This document shows positions 47,076 through 56,941 of a stretch of 64,000 bases of DNA, piece after piece. Origin of the DNA: Alphaproteobacteria bacterium (GTDB lineage: Bacteria; Pseudomonadota; Alphaproteobacteria; UBA828); assembly GCA_965237415.1 (NCBI GenBank), contig CBDEFM010000002.1:2336001-2400000 (forward strand), written 5' to 3'. The number at the start of each line of letters is the position of its first letter. Positions within the stretch are counted from its first letter, which is position 1. A program made the position numbers and the translations under genes. The notes beneath the pieces were generated by a model. It did no database searches and was not told the origin of the DNA. It worked only from the letters and a program-made list of their open reading frames with translations.

Positions 47076-47218
47076 GGGGTACGGCTCGGCACACGAAAAT
47101 TTGACAACACCGCCGCGCCTGCACAGATCATGCTATGTGAGCAGGAACGATCGGTCGGAGTCGGCGCGTCGGCTCTTGCAGAGCGATACTCGACGATAGG
47201 GACGTGAGGAGACGACCC

Positions 47219-47689
47219 ATGCACAAGTTCAAGTTCGCGGTACTCGGCATCGCCGCGCTGGCGCTGGCAGGCTGCAGCGAGACTGTCGGCCAGAAACAAG
47301 GCCTCGGCACGCTTCTCGGCGCTGTGGCTGGCGGCGTCGCCGGTGCGCAGGTCGGCAAGGGCCGCGGCAAAGTGGTTGCCGTCGGCGTCGGCACGCTCCT
47401 CGGCGCGCTTATCGGCAGCGAGATCGGCAGGTCGCTCGACCGCGCCGATCAGCTGGCAATGCAGCATGCAACACAAAGTACCTTGGAGACGGTGCCCTCC
47501 GGCACGACGAACACGTGGCACAACCCGGACAGCGGCAACCGAGGCACGATCACGCCGACCCAGACCTACCAGCAGAGCGACGGGGCCTATTGCCGCGAGT
47601 ACACCCAGACTGTGACGGTCGGTGGCCGCACCGAGGAGGCCTACGGCACCGCCTGCCGCCAGCCCGACGGCAGCTGGCAAATCATCTAG
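47219..47689 (+). CDS. 17-kDa surface lipoprotein family (glycine zipper)
   Basis: LAGC lipobox, glycine zipper, WHNPDSGNRG, YCREY, ACRQPDGSW. Confidence 0.9.
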   Translation: MHKFKFAVLGIAALALAGCSETVGQKQGLGTLLGAVAGGVAGAQVGKGRGKVVAVGVGTLLGALIGSEIGRSLDRADQLAMQHATQSTLETVPSGTTNTWHNPDSGNRGTITPTQTYQQSDGAYCREYTQTVTVGGRTEEAYGTACRQPDGSWQII

Positions 47690-47738
47690 CGCGGAGCAAC
47701 CCGTCTCGGGAGACGCCGTCCCGAGGCGCGGGCAGCCG

Positions 47739-48593
47739 ATGGCGCCTTCGATTCTCGACAGCGTCGCCGGCCTGCGCGGAGCCGTCGCCGCGTGGCGTGC
47801 AGCCGGCCTGACGGTCGCTCTCGTTCCCACCATGGGAGCGCTGCACGAGGGCCACATGGCGCTGGTTCGGGCCGCGCGCGCGCATGGCGGGCGCACAGTG
47901 GTCAGCCTCTTCGTCAACCCGACCCAGTTCGCGCCTGACGAGGACTTCGCCCTCTATCCGCGCGACCCGGCCGACGACCTTGCCAAGCTGGCCGAGGCGG
48001 GTGTCGAGGCGGCGTTCATGCCGCCGACAGACGCGATCTACCCGCCGGGCTTCGCAACCGCGGTGCACGTGGACGGTGTCACCGCCGGGCTCGAGAGCGC
48101 CACCCGGCCCCACTTCTTCACCGGCGTCGCCACCGTCGTCACCAAGCTTCTGCTCCAGTGCCTGCCGGATGTCGCGCTCTTCGGCGAGAAGGATTATCAG
48201 CAGCTCGCCACAGTGCGCCGCCTGGTGGCCGATCTCGATATCCCCTGCCGGATCGAAGCGGTGCCTACCGTGCGCGCAGCCGACGGACTCGCGCTCTCCT
48301 CGCGCAACGCCTATCTCTCGGCGGAAGAGCGCCGGGTTGCGCCTCGGCTCTTCGAGGTGCTGAGCTGGATGGCGGCGGCGCTGAGCCAGGGCGCGAAGTC
48401 GGCCGACGCGGTGGCCAACGGCACCGCCGCGCTCAAGGCCGCGGGCTTCACCCGTATCGACTATCTCGCGGTCTGCGATGCCGAGACGCTCGCACCGGTG
48501 GAGAGCATCACGGCACCGGCGCGCGTACTCGCCGCCGCATGGCTCGGCGAGACGCGACTTATCGATAACGTGCCGGTGAACCCTGCCGATTGA
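47739..48593 (+). CDS. panC: pantoate--beta-alanine ligase
   Basis: VPTMGALHEGH, FVNPTQF, FGEKDYQQ, LALSSRN, RLIDN. Confidence 0.97.
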   Translation: MAPSILDSVAGLRGAVAAWRAAGLTVALVPTMGALHEGHMALVRAARAHGGRTVVSLFVNPTQFAPDEDFALYPRDPADDLAKLAEAGVEAAFMPPTDAIYPPGFATAVHVDGVTAGLESATRPHFFTGVATVVTKLLLQCLPDVALFGEKDYQQLATVRRLVADLDIPCRIEAVPTVRAADGLALSSRNAYLSAEERRVAPRLFEVLSWMAAALSQGAKSADAVANGTAALKAAGFTRIDYLAVCDAETLAPVESITAPARVLAAAWLGETRLIDNVPVNPAD

Positions 48594-48624
48594 CGGCCCT
48601 GAGGGCCGTAGTGTGAAGTGCGGG

Positions 48625-48789
48625 TTAGTGGGTGCCCCTGGATCCGGCGTCAACGTCGCCGGGGCCCGCATCGGTGCCTTCCCGCCGGCGCGCCTCGAAG
48701 AGCAGCGTTTTCGCCGACCAGAAGATCCCGAGCGACAGGATGAGGGTGGCGAACGCGACCAGCAACGGCAGTCCAAGGTCCCAGGGCAT
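48625..48789 (-). CDS. 54-aa single-pass membrane protein (hypothetical)
   Basis: Manual translation MPWDLGLPLLVAFATLILSLGIFWSAKTLLFEARRRE...; below the ORF-track cutoff. Confidence 0.45.
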   Translation of the reverse strand: MPWDLGLPLLVAFATLILSLGIFWSAKTLLFEARRREGTDAGPGDVDAGSRGTH

Positions 48790-48869
48790 GGGTTACGAAG
48801 CCCCCGATTGGCGATCCTGCAGCGCTGAATAGCCAAGCGCCCCCGCCACGTCAAGGCAGGGGTTGTACC

Positions 48870-49772
48870 TTATTCCGGCACGATCATGGTGCCGGTGCCG
48901 TGCTCGGTGAAGAGCTCCAGCAGGATCACGTGCGGCACGCGCCCGTCCAGGATGTGGGCGGCCCCGGTCGAGCGCTCGATCGCCGCGAGGCAGGTTTCGA
49001 GCTTCGGGATCATGCCGCCGCTCACTGCGCCGCCGGTGAGCATTCGCCTCGCCTCGCCGGCGGTCATCTGGCTGACGAGCGCGCCGTCGCCGTCGAGCAC
49101 GCCGGGGACGTCGGTGAGCAACAGCAGCTTGATGGCGGAAAGCGCTGAGGCAATGGCGCCGGCCGCGGTATCGGCATTGATGTTGTAGGTCTCGCCTCCG
49201 GCGCCCACGCCGATCGGCGCGATGACCGGAATGATGTCGGACTCGCCCAGATGGCCGAGCAGTTCCACATTGATGTGGCCCGGCTCGCCGACAAAGCCAA
49301 GGTCGGCCACGCGCTCGGCCCCGGTCTCCGCATCGCGCGTGCGCCGTTGCAGCGGCGTCGCCTCGATGAGGCGGCCGTCCTTGCCGCTGAGGCCGACTGC
49401 GGTGCCGCCCTCCGCGTTGATCGTGGTCACGATCTGCTTGTTGATGGTGCCGGCGAGCACCATCTCGACGACTTCGATGGCCGCTGCATCGGTGACTCGC
49501 AAGCCGTCGACGAAGTCGCTCTCGATGCCGAGGCGGCCGAGCATCCGGGCGATCTGCGGGCCGCCGCCATGCACCACCACCGGGTTGATGCCGACCTGCT
49601 TCAGCAGGACCACGTCGCGCGCGAAGTTCTGGGCGAGCGCGGCATCGCCCATGGCGTGGCCGCCGTACTTGATCACCACGCTCCGGCCGGCGAAGCGCCG
49701 CATATAAGGCAGCGCCTCGGAGATCGTGGCTGCGGTGCGCAGCCAATGTTTGGTGTCGCTGATGCGCTGCAT
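48870..49772 (-). CDS. argB: acetylglutamate kinase
   Basis: VIKYGGHAM, VHGGGPQI, YNINAD, GGMIPK. Confidence 0.97.
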   Translation of the reverse strand: MQRISDTKHWLRTAATISEALPYMRRFAGRSVVIKYGGHAMGDAALAQNFARDVVLLKQVGINPVVVHGGGPQIARMLGRLGIESDFVDGLRVTDAAAIEVVEMVLAGTINKQIVTTINAEGGTAVGLSGKDGRLIEATPLQRRTRDAETGAERVADLGFVGEPGHINVELLGHLGESDIIPVIAPIGVGAGGETYNINADTAAGAIASALSAIKLLLLTDVPGVLDGDGALVSQMTAGEARRMLTGGAVSGGMIPKLETCLAAIERSTGAAHILDGRVPHVILLELFTEHGTGTMIVPE

Positions 49773-49838
49773 GGGGTGCCCGGTCGGTCGCAGGCGCCGG
49801 CGCCGGCGCACCCGTGGGCGCCGGCCGGCCGCGGATCA

Positions 49839-50525
49839 CTAGCCTATTCTCTCCGCCGTGGCCAGCGCGGCCAGGTGGCTCCTGAGCGCTGCGATCCCCG
49901 CCCCGGTACGCGCGCTGGTAGCGATCAACGACGGATAGGCAGCAACGTGCGCGGCAAGCGCCGCCTCGATGGCGGCGGTCTGCGCCGTCAGCGCCTCCGG
50001 CGCGAGCTTGTCGCACTTGGTCAGCACCGCGAGGAAGGACACCGCGCTCTGGTCGAATGCGGTCATGACGGGCTCATCGGCTGATGTGATGCCGCGCCTT
50101 GCGTCGAGCAGCAGGCAGACCCGCCGGAGGGTCGGCCTGCCGCGCAGGTAGGCCTCCGCGAGGCGTGTCCAGGCCTTGATCTTCTGTCTGGAGGCGGCGG
50201 CGTAGCCGTAGCCCGGCAGGTCGACGAGCGTGAGCCGGCCGTCCAGGTCGAAAAAGTTCAGCTCGCGCGTGCGCCCCGGCGTGTTCGAGATGCGCGCCAG
50301 CGCGCGCCGGCCGGTAAGCGCGTTGACGAGGCTCGACTTGCCGACATTGGAGCGGCCGGCGACGGCGATCTCGGGCAGGGTGGGCGCAGGCAGACCATCG
50401 GGCCCGGCGACGCCTGCGACGAAGCGGCAGGGCCGCGCGAACAGCCGGCGGCCGGCTTCTAGCGCCGCCGCGCGCGCTTCCGCGTTCTCTGGCGCCGGGG
50501 CCTCGGCCGGTCCTGGCTCGTCCAT
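49839..50525 (-). CDS. engB: ribosome biogenesis GTPase YihA/EngB
   Basis: GRSNVGKSS, TPGRT, DLPGYG, TKCD. Confidence 0.95.
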   Translation of the reverse strand: MDEPGPAEAPAPENAEARAAALEAGRRLFARPCRFVAGVAGPDGLPAPTLPEIAVAGRSNVGKSSLVNALTGRRALARISNTPGRTRELNFFDLDGRLTLVDLPGYGYAAASRQKIKAWTRLAEAYLRGRPTLRRVCLLLDARRGITSADEPVMTAFDQSAVSFLAVLTKCDKLAPEALTAQTAAIEAALAAHVAAYPSLIATSARTGAGIAALRSHLAALATAERIG

Positions 50526-53110
50526 TCGCCGCCGTCGGCGGACGTGTCCGGGGATGATTCCGGCGCCGCCGCGTCGCTTTCCTCTGTCGCAGCGTCGGCG
50601 GCCGCGCCGGTCGGTTGCGGCGCCTCGTCCGCTGGCGCCGCATCGACGGACGCTTCGGCCGGAGCGTCGCCCTCGACGCCGGCACGAGTGGCGGCGCGTT
50701 CCGCCTTGCGCTGGCGACGCGATTTCCGGGGTTCTTCCTCGGCCGCAGGCGCGGGAGTGGGCGGGGGAGCACCCTCGGCGGGGGGGATCCCGAGACCCGC
50801 CTTGAGGCGCTCCATGAAGCTCGTGGGCCGGGCGGCGGTGGGCGCCTGCTTGCGCCGGCTCGCGCCCTTTTGCCGTTGCTTGCGGGCCAAGGCCTTCCGC
50901 CGGGCGATCCGTGCGCGCTCAGCGGCGGCGCGCTTGACCGACGAGGTACCGGCACCCGTCGTCTCGCTCCGTGCTTCGCTCTTCCGCTCGGTGCGGGCGC
51001 GGGGAGCGCTCTTGGCGCGTGTCTTCTGCCCGCCGGCGGGTTCTGTACGCCGGGAGCGTGTTGAGGTCTCCGCCCGCTTGCTGTTGCCCGTCGCGGTGCC
51101 AGACTTGCGGCGGGGTGCATCATCGCGTTGCGCTTCGCTGGCCCGGGGCTGGGCCTTGCGGGCACGCGCGGCGCCGTCACGCCGTGTCGCATCCTCGGTA
51201 CCGGCGCGCGCGCCTTCCTTGTTCGGCCCTGAGCGCGTGGACTTCTTGCGGGAAGAGCGGCTCGGCTTCAGCAGTGTGCCTTTCTCCGCCGCTTCCTTGA
51301 TCTTCTTAATCTTCTCGGCGTCCTGGGCGAGGCTCTGCCGGGTGATGCCCATGCGGCGCATGATCAGCCATTGCTGACCGATGGAGAGGACGTTGTTCCA
51401 GGTCCAGTAGACCACCAGCCCCGCCGGGAACCGCGCGAACAGGAAGAGGAAGATGATGGGCAGCGCCATCATGATCTTCTGCTGGATCGGCTCCATCGGC
51501 TGCGGGTTGAGCTTCATCTGGAGCCACATGGTCGCGCCGAAGACGAGCGGCCAGATGCCGACCAGCAGGAACTCCGGCGCCGGCCAATCGAGGAACCCGA
51601 ATGCAGTGATGAAGGTCATCGGATCCGGCGCCGAGAGATCGTCGATCCAGCCGAAGAAGGGCGCATGGCGCATCTCGATGGTGACGAACAGCATGTAGTA
51701 GAGGGCGAAGAACACCGGAATCTGCGCCACCAGCGGCAGGCAGCCCGCGACCGGGTTGGCTTTCTGCTCCCGGTAGAGCTTCATCAGCTCCGTATTCATC
51801 CGCTGCTTGTCGTCCTTAAAGCGCTCGCGCAGGCGGATCATCTCCGGCTGGAGCTTGCGCATCCGGCTCATGGACGCGTAGGCCTTGTTGGCCAGCGGGA
51901 ACAGCAGCACCCGCACGCAGATCGTCAGCAGCAGGATGGCGACGCCGAAATTGCCGGTGGCCCTGTTGAAGAAGTCGATGACGTAGAACATCGGCTTCGA
52001 CAGGAACCACGCCGGCCCGAAGTCGACGGCGAGGTCCAGGCGGTCCACCCCCAGCACGTCCTCGTAGCGGTCGAGGAGGCTGATCACCTTGGCGCCGGTG
52101 AAGAGGTGCGAGGTGAGCGAGACAGTCTGCCTCGGATTTACTGTGAGCGGCTCGGCCTCGTAGATGGTCTGGAAGGAGTCGGCCTGCCCGTCGTCGACCG
52201 GCACGTACTCGAAGCTGCCGTGGAGCGACGTCGCCTGATCGGGAATGAGTGCGACGAGCCAATACTTGTCGGTCAATCCCATCCAGCCGCCGGTGGACTC
52301 GTAGCGGTAATCGGCGCCGGCGCGGGGGTTCTTCACCTGCGCGTCGTAGGCGTCGCGCATGTCATCGTAGTCGGCTTCCTGATAGTCCTCGCCGAAGATA
52401 CCCAGCGCGCCGTCCTGGAAGATGAAGAGCGGCTTGAACGGCAGAATGGATTCGGTGGCGTCGCTGAATCGCGCGATCCGCGAGTAAGGCGCGAGCGCGA
52501 TTGGGGCGGCGGTGGTGTTGCGCACCGATTGGGTCACGGTGAAGACGAAGTCGTCGTCGACGGCGATTTTGCGCGTGAACGAGAGGCCCGCGCCGTTGTC
52601 CCAGTGGAGCGTGACCGGCCTGCCGGGCGAAAGGGTGGTGCGATCGGCGTCCCAGAGCGTGTCGGGCTGGGGAAGCGCGATGCCCCCGGCCGCGCTAATC
52701 CAGCCGAAATCGGCGAAAAAGGGCCGCGCCGCGTCGCGGGGCTGGAACAGCACGATGTTCGGGCTCTCCTCGTCCGCGGTCTCGTGATAGTCGAGGAGCG
52801 TGACGGAATCGATGCGCCCGCCGAGCCGCGCGATGGAGCCGCTGAGCCTGCGTGACTCGATCGTGATGCGCGGGCTGTCGATACCCGCTTGGCGCAACTG
52901 GGCTTGGTCCGGAGCGTCCGCGCCGGTCGTCATCTCCGGCGCGGCCTGATCCAGCGACGGCGGTGCCGTCCCCGGTTCACGCTGCTCCACGACGCGCCGC
53001 GGCCGTTCATCGGACGGGAAGAGCGCAGGCATGAGGAACTGCCAGGCGACGAGGATCACGAAGATCACGCCGATCGCGATGAAGAGGTTGCGTTTGTCCT
53101 CGCCGAACAT
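50459..53110 (-). CDS. yidC: membrane protein insertase YidC with long C-terminal extension
   Basis: DKYW, VDFG, GNFGVAIL, NPVAGCLP, YWTWNN; context yidD/rnpA. Confidence 0.95.
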   Translation of the reverse strand: MFGEDKRNLFIAIGVIFVILVAWQFLMPALFPSDERPRRVVEQREPGTAPPSLDQAAPEMTTGADAPDQAQLRQAGIDSPRITIESRRLSGSIARLGGRIDSVTLLDYHETADEESPNIVLFQPRDAARPFFADFGWISAAGGIALPQPDTLWDADRTTLSPGRPVTLHWDNGAGLSFTRKIAVDDDFVFTVTQSVRNTTAAPIALAPYSRIARFSDATESILPFKPLFIFQDGALGIFGEDYQEADYDDMRDAYDAQVKNPRAGADYRYESTGGWMGLTDKYWLVALIPDQATSLHGSFEYVPVDDGQADSFQTIYEAEPLTVNPRQTVSLTSHLFTGAKVISLLDRYEDVLGVDRLDLAVDFGPAWFLSKPMFYVIDFFNRATGNFGVAILLLTICVRVLLFPLANKAYASMSRMRKLQPEMIRLRERFKDDKQRMNTELMKLYREQKANPVAGCLPLVAQIPVFFALYYMLFVTIEMRHAPFFGWIDDLSAPDPMTFITAFGFLDWPAPEFLLVGIWPLVFGATMWLQMKLNPQPMEPIQQKIMMALPIIFLFLFARFPAGLVVYWTWNNVLSIGQQWLIMRRMGITRQSLAQDAEKIKKIKEAAEKGTLLKPSRSSRKKSTRSGPNKEGARAGTEDATRRDGAARARKAQPRASEAQRDDAPRRKSGTATGNSKRAETSTRSRRTEPAGGQKTRAKSAPRARTERKSEARSETTGAGTSSVKRAAAERARIARRKALARKQRQKGASRRKQAPTAARPTSFMERLKAGLGIPPAEGAPPPTPAPAAEEEPRKSRRQRKAERAATRAGVEGDAPAEASVDAAPADEAPQPTGAAADAATEESDAAAPESSPDTSADGGEWTSQDRPRPRRQRTRKRARRR

Positions 53111-53130
53111 GCGCCGCTCGCTCGCCCCGG

Positions 53131-53397
53131 TCAGCGGGGGGCACGCCTCCAGGACGTGTTGAGGATGCGGAGCGGACGCTCAGGCACGTCGTCCACGCCC
53201 CCGGGGCAGAACGGGTTGCAGCGCAGGATCCGCCACACCGCGAGCGCGAGACCCACCGCCGCCCCGTGGCGCCTGAGCGCGGTCATTGCATAGTGCGAGC
53301 AGGTCGGCTCGAACCGGCAGCTCGGCGGTACAAGGGGCGAGATGAAATACTGATATCCGCGGATCAGGCCCACGATCAGTAACGCGATCGGTCTCAT
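53131..53397 (-). CDS. yidD: membrane protein insertion efficiency factor
   Basis: [25 protein letters not shown]. Confidence 0.95.
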   Translation of the reverse strand: MRPIALLIVGLIRGYQYFISPLVPPSCRFEPTCSHYAMTALRRHGAAVGLALAVWRILRCNPFCPGGVDDVPERPLRILNTSWRRAPR

Positions 53398-53825
53398 GCG
53401 TCTCCCGCTTTCGGGCCCGCTGCGCGCTGCCGGCCGGCGGCGGCTCGCCGTCCGCCCTCGGGCGCCCGATCGCGCATCCGCGCGCCAACACGCGCGAGCG
53501 CTGCGGCCAGGTCGCCGATCAGCGCGTCGAACGGGCGGGTCAGCGTGGCGGCGCGCGCGATGACGACGTAGTCGCAGCCGCATTGCGCCGACGCCGGCAT
53601 AACATGGGCCACCGCCGCACGCAATCGGCGCTTGGCGCGGTTGCGGGCGACCGCGTTGCCGATCCGCCGGCTTGCGGTGTAGCCCACACGCATCAGCCCG
53701 CCTTCGGCATCCCCGGCCGCCGGTGCCGGCGCCGCCTGCAGCACCAGCCCCGGCGCGGCCCAGTGGCATGCCGCCGCCCGCACCCGCAGGAAGTCGCTCC
53801 GCTTCTTGAGTGTGGCGATACGCAT
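53394..53825 (-). CDS. rnpA: ribonuclease P protein component
   Basis: [31 protein letters not shown]. Confidence 0.95.
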   Translation of the reverse strand: MRIATLKKRSDFLRVRAAACHWAAPGLVLQAAPAPAAGDAEGGLMRVGYTASRRIGNAVARNRAKRRLRAAVAHVMPASAQCGCDYVVIARAATLTRPFDALIGDLAAALARVGARMRDRAPEGGRRAAAGRQRAAGPKAGDA

Positions 53826-54007
53826 CGTCATCACTCTCTGTCTCACGCTCGCACGTGTACGGGAACATTTCAGGCGTCCAAGCGCTCGCCAGGACGTGTG
53901 GTTCCCCGCGCTAGGATGCAATGCTCCTCTCGGCGTGGGCGCTCGATACGTCTAGGCATGTCCGGCACGTGAGGAATAACGGCAGGCGAAGCCAAGGCTC
54001 GCCGGGA

Positions 54008-54142
54008 TCAAACGGCGAGCCGCTTCCGTCCCTTCGCGCGCCTGCGGGCAAGTATGCGCCGGCCGGCCACGGTCTTCATGCGCTGCCTGAAGCCGTGGCG
54101 CCGCTTGCGCACGATGTTGCTTGGCTGATAGGTCCGTTTCAC
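54008..54142 (-). CDS. rpmH: 50S ribosomal protein L34
   Basis: Manual translation [44 protein letters not shown]. Confidence 0.97.
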   Translation of the reverse strand: MKRTYQPSNIVRKRRHGFRQRMKTVAGRRILARRRAKGRKRLAV

Positions 54143-54269
54143 GCCTCACCTCCGCTCCCGGCGCTGCGTCTGACAGGGACCAGGGCCGCCGCTGTATAAG
54201 CGCGCCCCTGGTCCCTGTCAACGCGCGCCTTGTGGATGGGCGCCAGTGGTCGCGCGGTGGTCTTTAGGT

Positions 54270-54365
54270 CGCGCGCGAGACGGTTCCCGCTCGCAATTCA
54301 ACTGACGCGCGCGAGACGGTTCCCGCTCGCAATTCAATTGACGCGCGCGAGACGGTTCCCGCTCG
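54270..54365. repeat. 36-bp tandem repeat x2.7
   Basis: CGCGCGCGAGACGGTTCCCGCTCGCAATTCAA(C/T)TGA at 54270, 54306 and partial at 54342. Confidence 0.9.
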
Positions 54366-54370
54366 TGCGA

Positions 54371-55321
54371 CTAGGGCGGGATACGGCCGGCGAGCCAGTC
54401 CTCGATCAGGCGGCGGGAGATCGAATAACGGCCCGGCAGGCGGAACGCATCGGTGTCTCGCTGGCCGAGCAGGTCGCGCCGCTCATACCAATGCGCGTAT
54501 TCCAGCTCGATTTCGTCGACCGCGATCTCGCGGGTGAGCGCCTGCGCCATGAAGCCCACCATGATCGTGCCGGGGAAGGGCCAGGGCTGCGAGGAGTGGT
54601 AGCGGATATCGCCGACCTTGACCCCGCTTTCCTCCTCGATCTCACGGGCGACGCACTCCTCGAGGCTCTCGCCCGGCTCCAGAAAGCCCGCAAGGGTCGA
54701 ATGCATCCCCGGGGGCCAACGTGACTGGCGGCAGAGAAGGCATTCGTCGCCGTCATAGACCAGCGTGATCACTGCCGTATCGGTCCTCGGGAAATGGACC
54801 GCCCCGCAGTCCTCGTTGGTGCAGCGCCGCTGGTGGCCGGCCTCGCGCGCCTCTGCCGGGGCGCCGCAGGCGCCACAGAAGCGGTGTCGCCGGTGCCAGT
54901 AGGTGAGCCCCCGCGCATAGGCGACGAGCGCCGCGTCCGTGCCCGGCAGGATCTGCACCAGCTCGCGCAAGTCCATCATCTCGCCACCGGGCGAGCGCGC
55001 GAGCAGGGTCTCGGCCTCCACGTGCGAGAAATCGACCACGAAATGCGCCGTGCCGGCAACACCGTCCTCGGCCTCGATGCCGAGAAGCGCGGGCTCGGCG
55101 CGGGCGTCGAGCAGCCCGTCGAGGGTCTCACGGTAGTGGATCACGGCACGCGGCTCGGGGCCGAGCCGGACGACGGCATTCTGCCGCCAGATCGCGAGGT
55201 AGCGCGTCGATGGATCGTCGAGGCGGGCCGCGAGCCAAGCCGGGTCGGTGCGCACGTTCGCGGCCCGGTCGAGCGGCATCCCGGAGAGCACGTTGCCATC
55301 GATGCGAGCGAGGCGGGTCAT
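54371..55321 (-). CDS. nudC: NAD-capped RNA hydrolase / NADH pyrophosphatase
   Basis: FCGACG, HFPRTD, LAGFLEPGESLEECVAREIEEESG Nudix box, SQPWPFP. Confidence 0.95.
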   Translation of the reverse strand: MTRLARIDGNVLSGMPLDRAANVRTDPAWLAARLDDPSTRYLAIWRQNAVVRLGPEPRAVIHYRETLDGLLDARAEPALLGIEAEDGVAGTAHFVVDFSHVEAETLLARSPGGEMMDLRELVQILPGTDAALVAYARGLTYWHRRHRFCGACGAPAEAREAGHQRRCTNEDCGAVHFPRTDTAVITLVYDGDECLLCRQSRWPPGMHSTLAGFLEPGESLEECVAREIEEESGVKVGDIRYHSSQPWPFPGTIMVGFMAQALTREIAVDEIELEYAHWYERRDLLGQRDTDAFRLPGRYSISRRLIEDWLAGRIPP

Positions 55322-55561
55322 CGCCCGAGCCTCGCACACCCCCTGTTCCTTTCATACCCCTCAGGCTTGGCATAGCCAGTCATGACAGCCCGAGGTGACC
55401 CCATAACCTACTGTAAGAACAGTAACATTTCACTTTCGGTGCAGCGTGGCGCGAGAGCGTCTTCGTAGTGCCCGCAAGCGTATCGCTAGCAGATTCATTA
55501 TAACTGCAGCGTATCAAACCGCGCAGGTGTCCGATTATTGCGACATCACCGCAGGAGAGCG

Positions 55562-55696
55562 GTATCCGTTCCGTCAGGCCGTGAAGGTCCGGACGGGCTG
55601 AGGTTGTGAACGACCGCTATGGCTCGAAGCGCTCGGCTGTGCGCTCCGACCAACCCCCCGGGGCCGTACGTATCCACGGTCTGACGGAACGGATAC
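55562..55696. mobile_element. 135-bp MITE, IS66-like ends, 8-bp target duplication
   Basis: TIR GTATCCGTTCCGTCAG(G/A)CCGTG 21/22; GGAGAGCG repeated at 55554-55561 and 55697-55704. Confidence 0.88.
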
Positions 55697-55741
55697 GGAG
55701 AGCGCCCCCGTCCAAGCCGGCATGGGAAGCGGCCGCGCATA

Positions 55742-56569
55742 GAGGTCGTCGACTTCTGGCATGCCTGCGAACATCTCCGAACGGCATCCGACCATGCGGT
55801 GGCCTCCGACTGGTTCGAGAGGTACAGCGAGGTTCTGCGTCACGACCCCTGCGGCGTCGACAAGGTGATCCGGGCGTTGCGCCAGCTTCGCGATAGCGCA
55901 AAGCCGGATCGGGCCGAGACCGAGCGGGAACTCGCCTTCTTCCGCAAGCGCCGCCAGCGCATGCGCTACCACGCCCTGAAGGCAGAGAGCGTCGCCGTCG
56001 GCTCGGGCTTGGTCGAGGCGGCCAACGAGACCCTGATGACCCAGCGCATGAAGCGCTCCGGCGTGCGCTGGCGGATCGCCGGCGGACAGGCTGTGCTGAC
56101 CTTCCGCGCCCTGATCAAGTCCGCTCGCTTCGAACGGGCATGGAAGGCCATCATCGGCGCAACCGACACACCGGCCATCTTCGAGCGCCAGGGGCAAGTC
56201 TATACCGAGATCGTTCCCGACTGCTCGAAGCCAACCCTGCAGGGCATCATCCGCGGCCGGGTGGACCCCCGCACCGTCATCAACTCCGACGGCTGGCGCG
56301 GCTACAACGGCCTGGTCGACCTCGGTTACGGCCACTTTCGCGTCGATCATTCCCGCGACGAGTTCACCAAGGGCACCGTTCACATCAACGGCATCGAGGG
56401 CTTCTGGGGGCTGGCCAAGGTCCGCCTGGCGAAGTTCAAGGGCCTCCCTCAGCACACCTTCCACCTGCACCTCAAGGAAACCGAATGGCGATATAACCAC
56501 CGACACGCCGACAAACACCAAACTCTGCTACGATGCCTCCGCGAAAACCCGCTCAGCTAGGCAAGACCC
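55742..56569 (+). pseudogene. chimeric transposase remnant: ISKra4-like C-terminus fused to IS1595-family C-terminus and right end
   Basis: DFWHACEHL, GSGLVEAA, RMKRSGVRW (ISKra4-like); after ~56175 INSDGWRGY, HINGIEGFW, ETEWRYN (IS1595); ends CTAGGCAAGACCC. Confidence 0.8.
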
Positions 56570-56574
56570 GAAAC

Positions 56575-56625
56575 AATTTTGAGCCACTATGAGCCACTAT
56601 ATCCCGCCAAATCCCACATAATAGT
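56575..56625 (+). repeat. partial third copy of the 10-bp box end of the dispersed repeat
   Basis: GAGCCACTAT GAGCCACTAT ATCCCGCCAA ATCCCACATA resembles AATCCCACTT..ATCCCGGCGAATCCCGCATA in copy A. Confidence 0.5.
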
Positions 56626-56941
56626 AGTGCACCGCCCGCGCCGCCGGGGACGCGGGCGGGAGCGCATGGAGCGGACCCGCGCCTCGCGCGTCTCGCCTGC
56701 TCTTCACGAACGTGCCCGATGGGCGGAGAGTGCCTCGATCTTTCTCCGCAGCGTCACAGTCATCGGGTGTTGACCTCCCCCCATCATGATCGATACGAAT
56801 AACGAATCAGGCATCTGGTCCCGCCGCCGACAGACGAATCGTTAATTCTGGCAAACTCGGTATCAAATTTATTAATATGTACAATCGTTTTATATTACTA
56901 GTGCGGCAAGAGAGCGCTAGGCGGCGCCAGGAGCCAAACAC

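Noticed and set aside
54270-54365. Possible CRISPR array (36-bp palindromic repeat)
   Set aside because: Units are directly adjacent, with no unique spacers and no cas genes
54143-54370. oriC next to rpmH (or near hemB)
   Set aside because: No dnaA, DnaA-box cluster or AT-rich unwinding element visible
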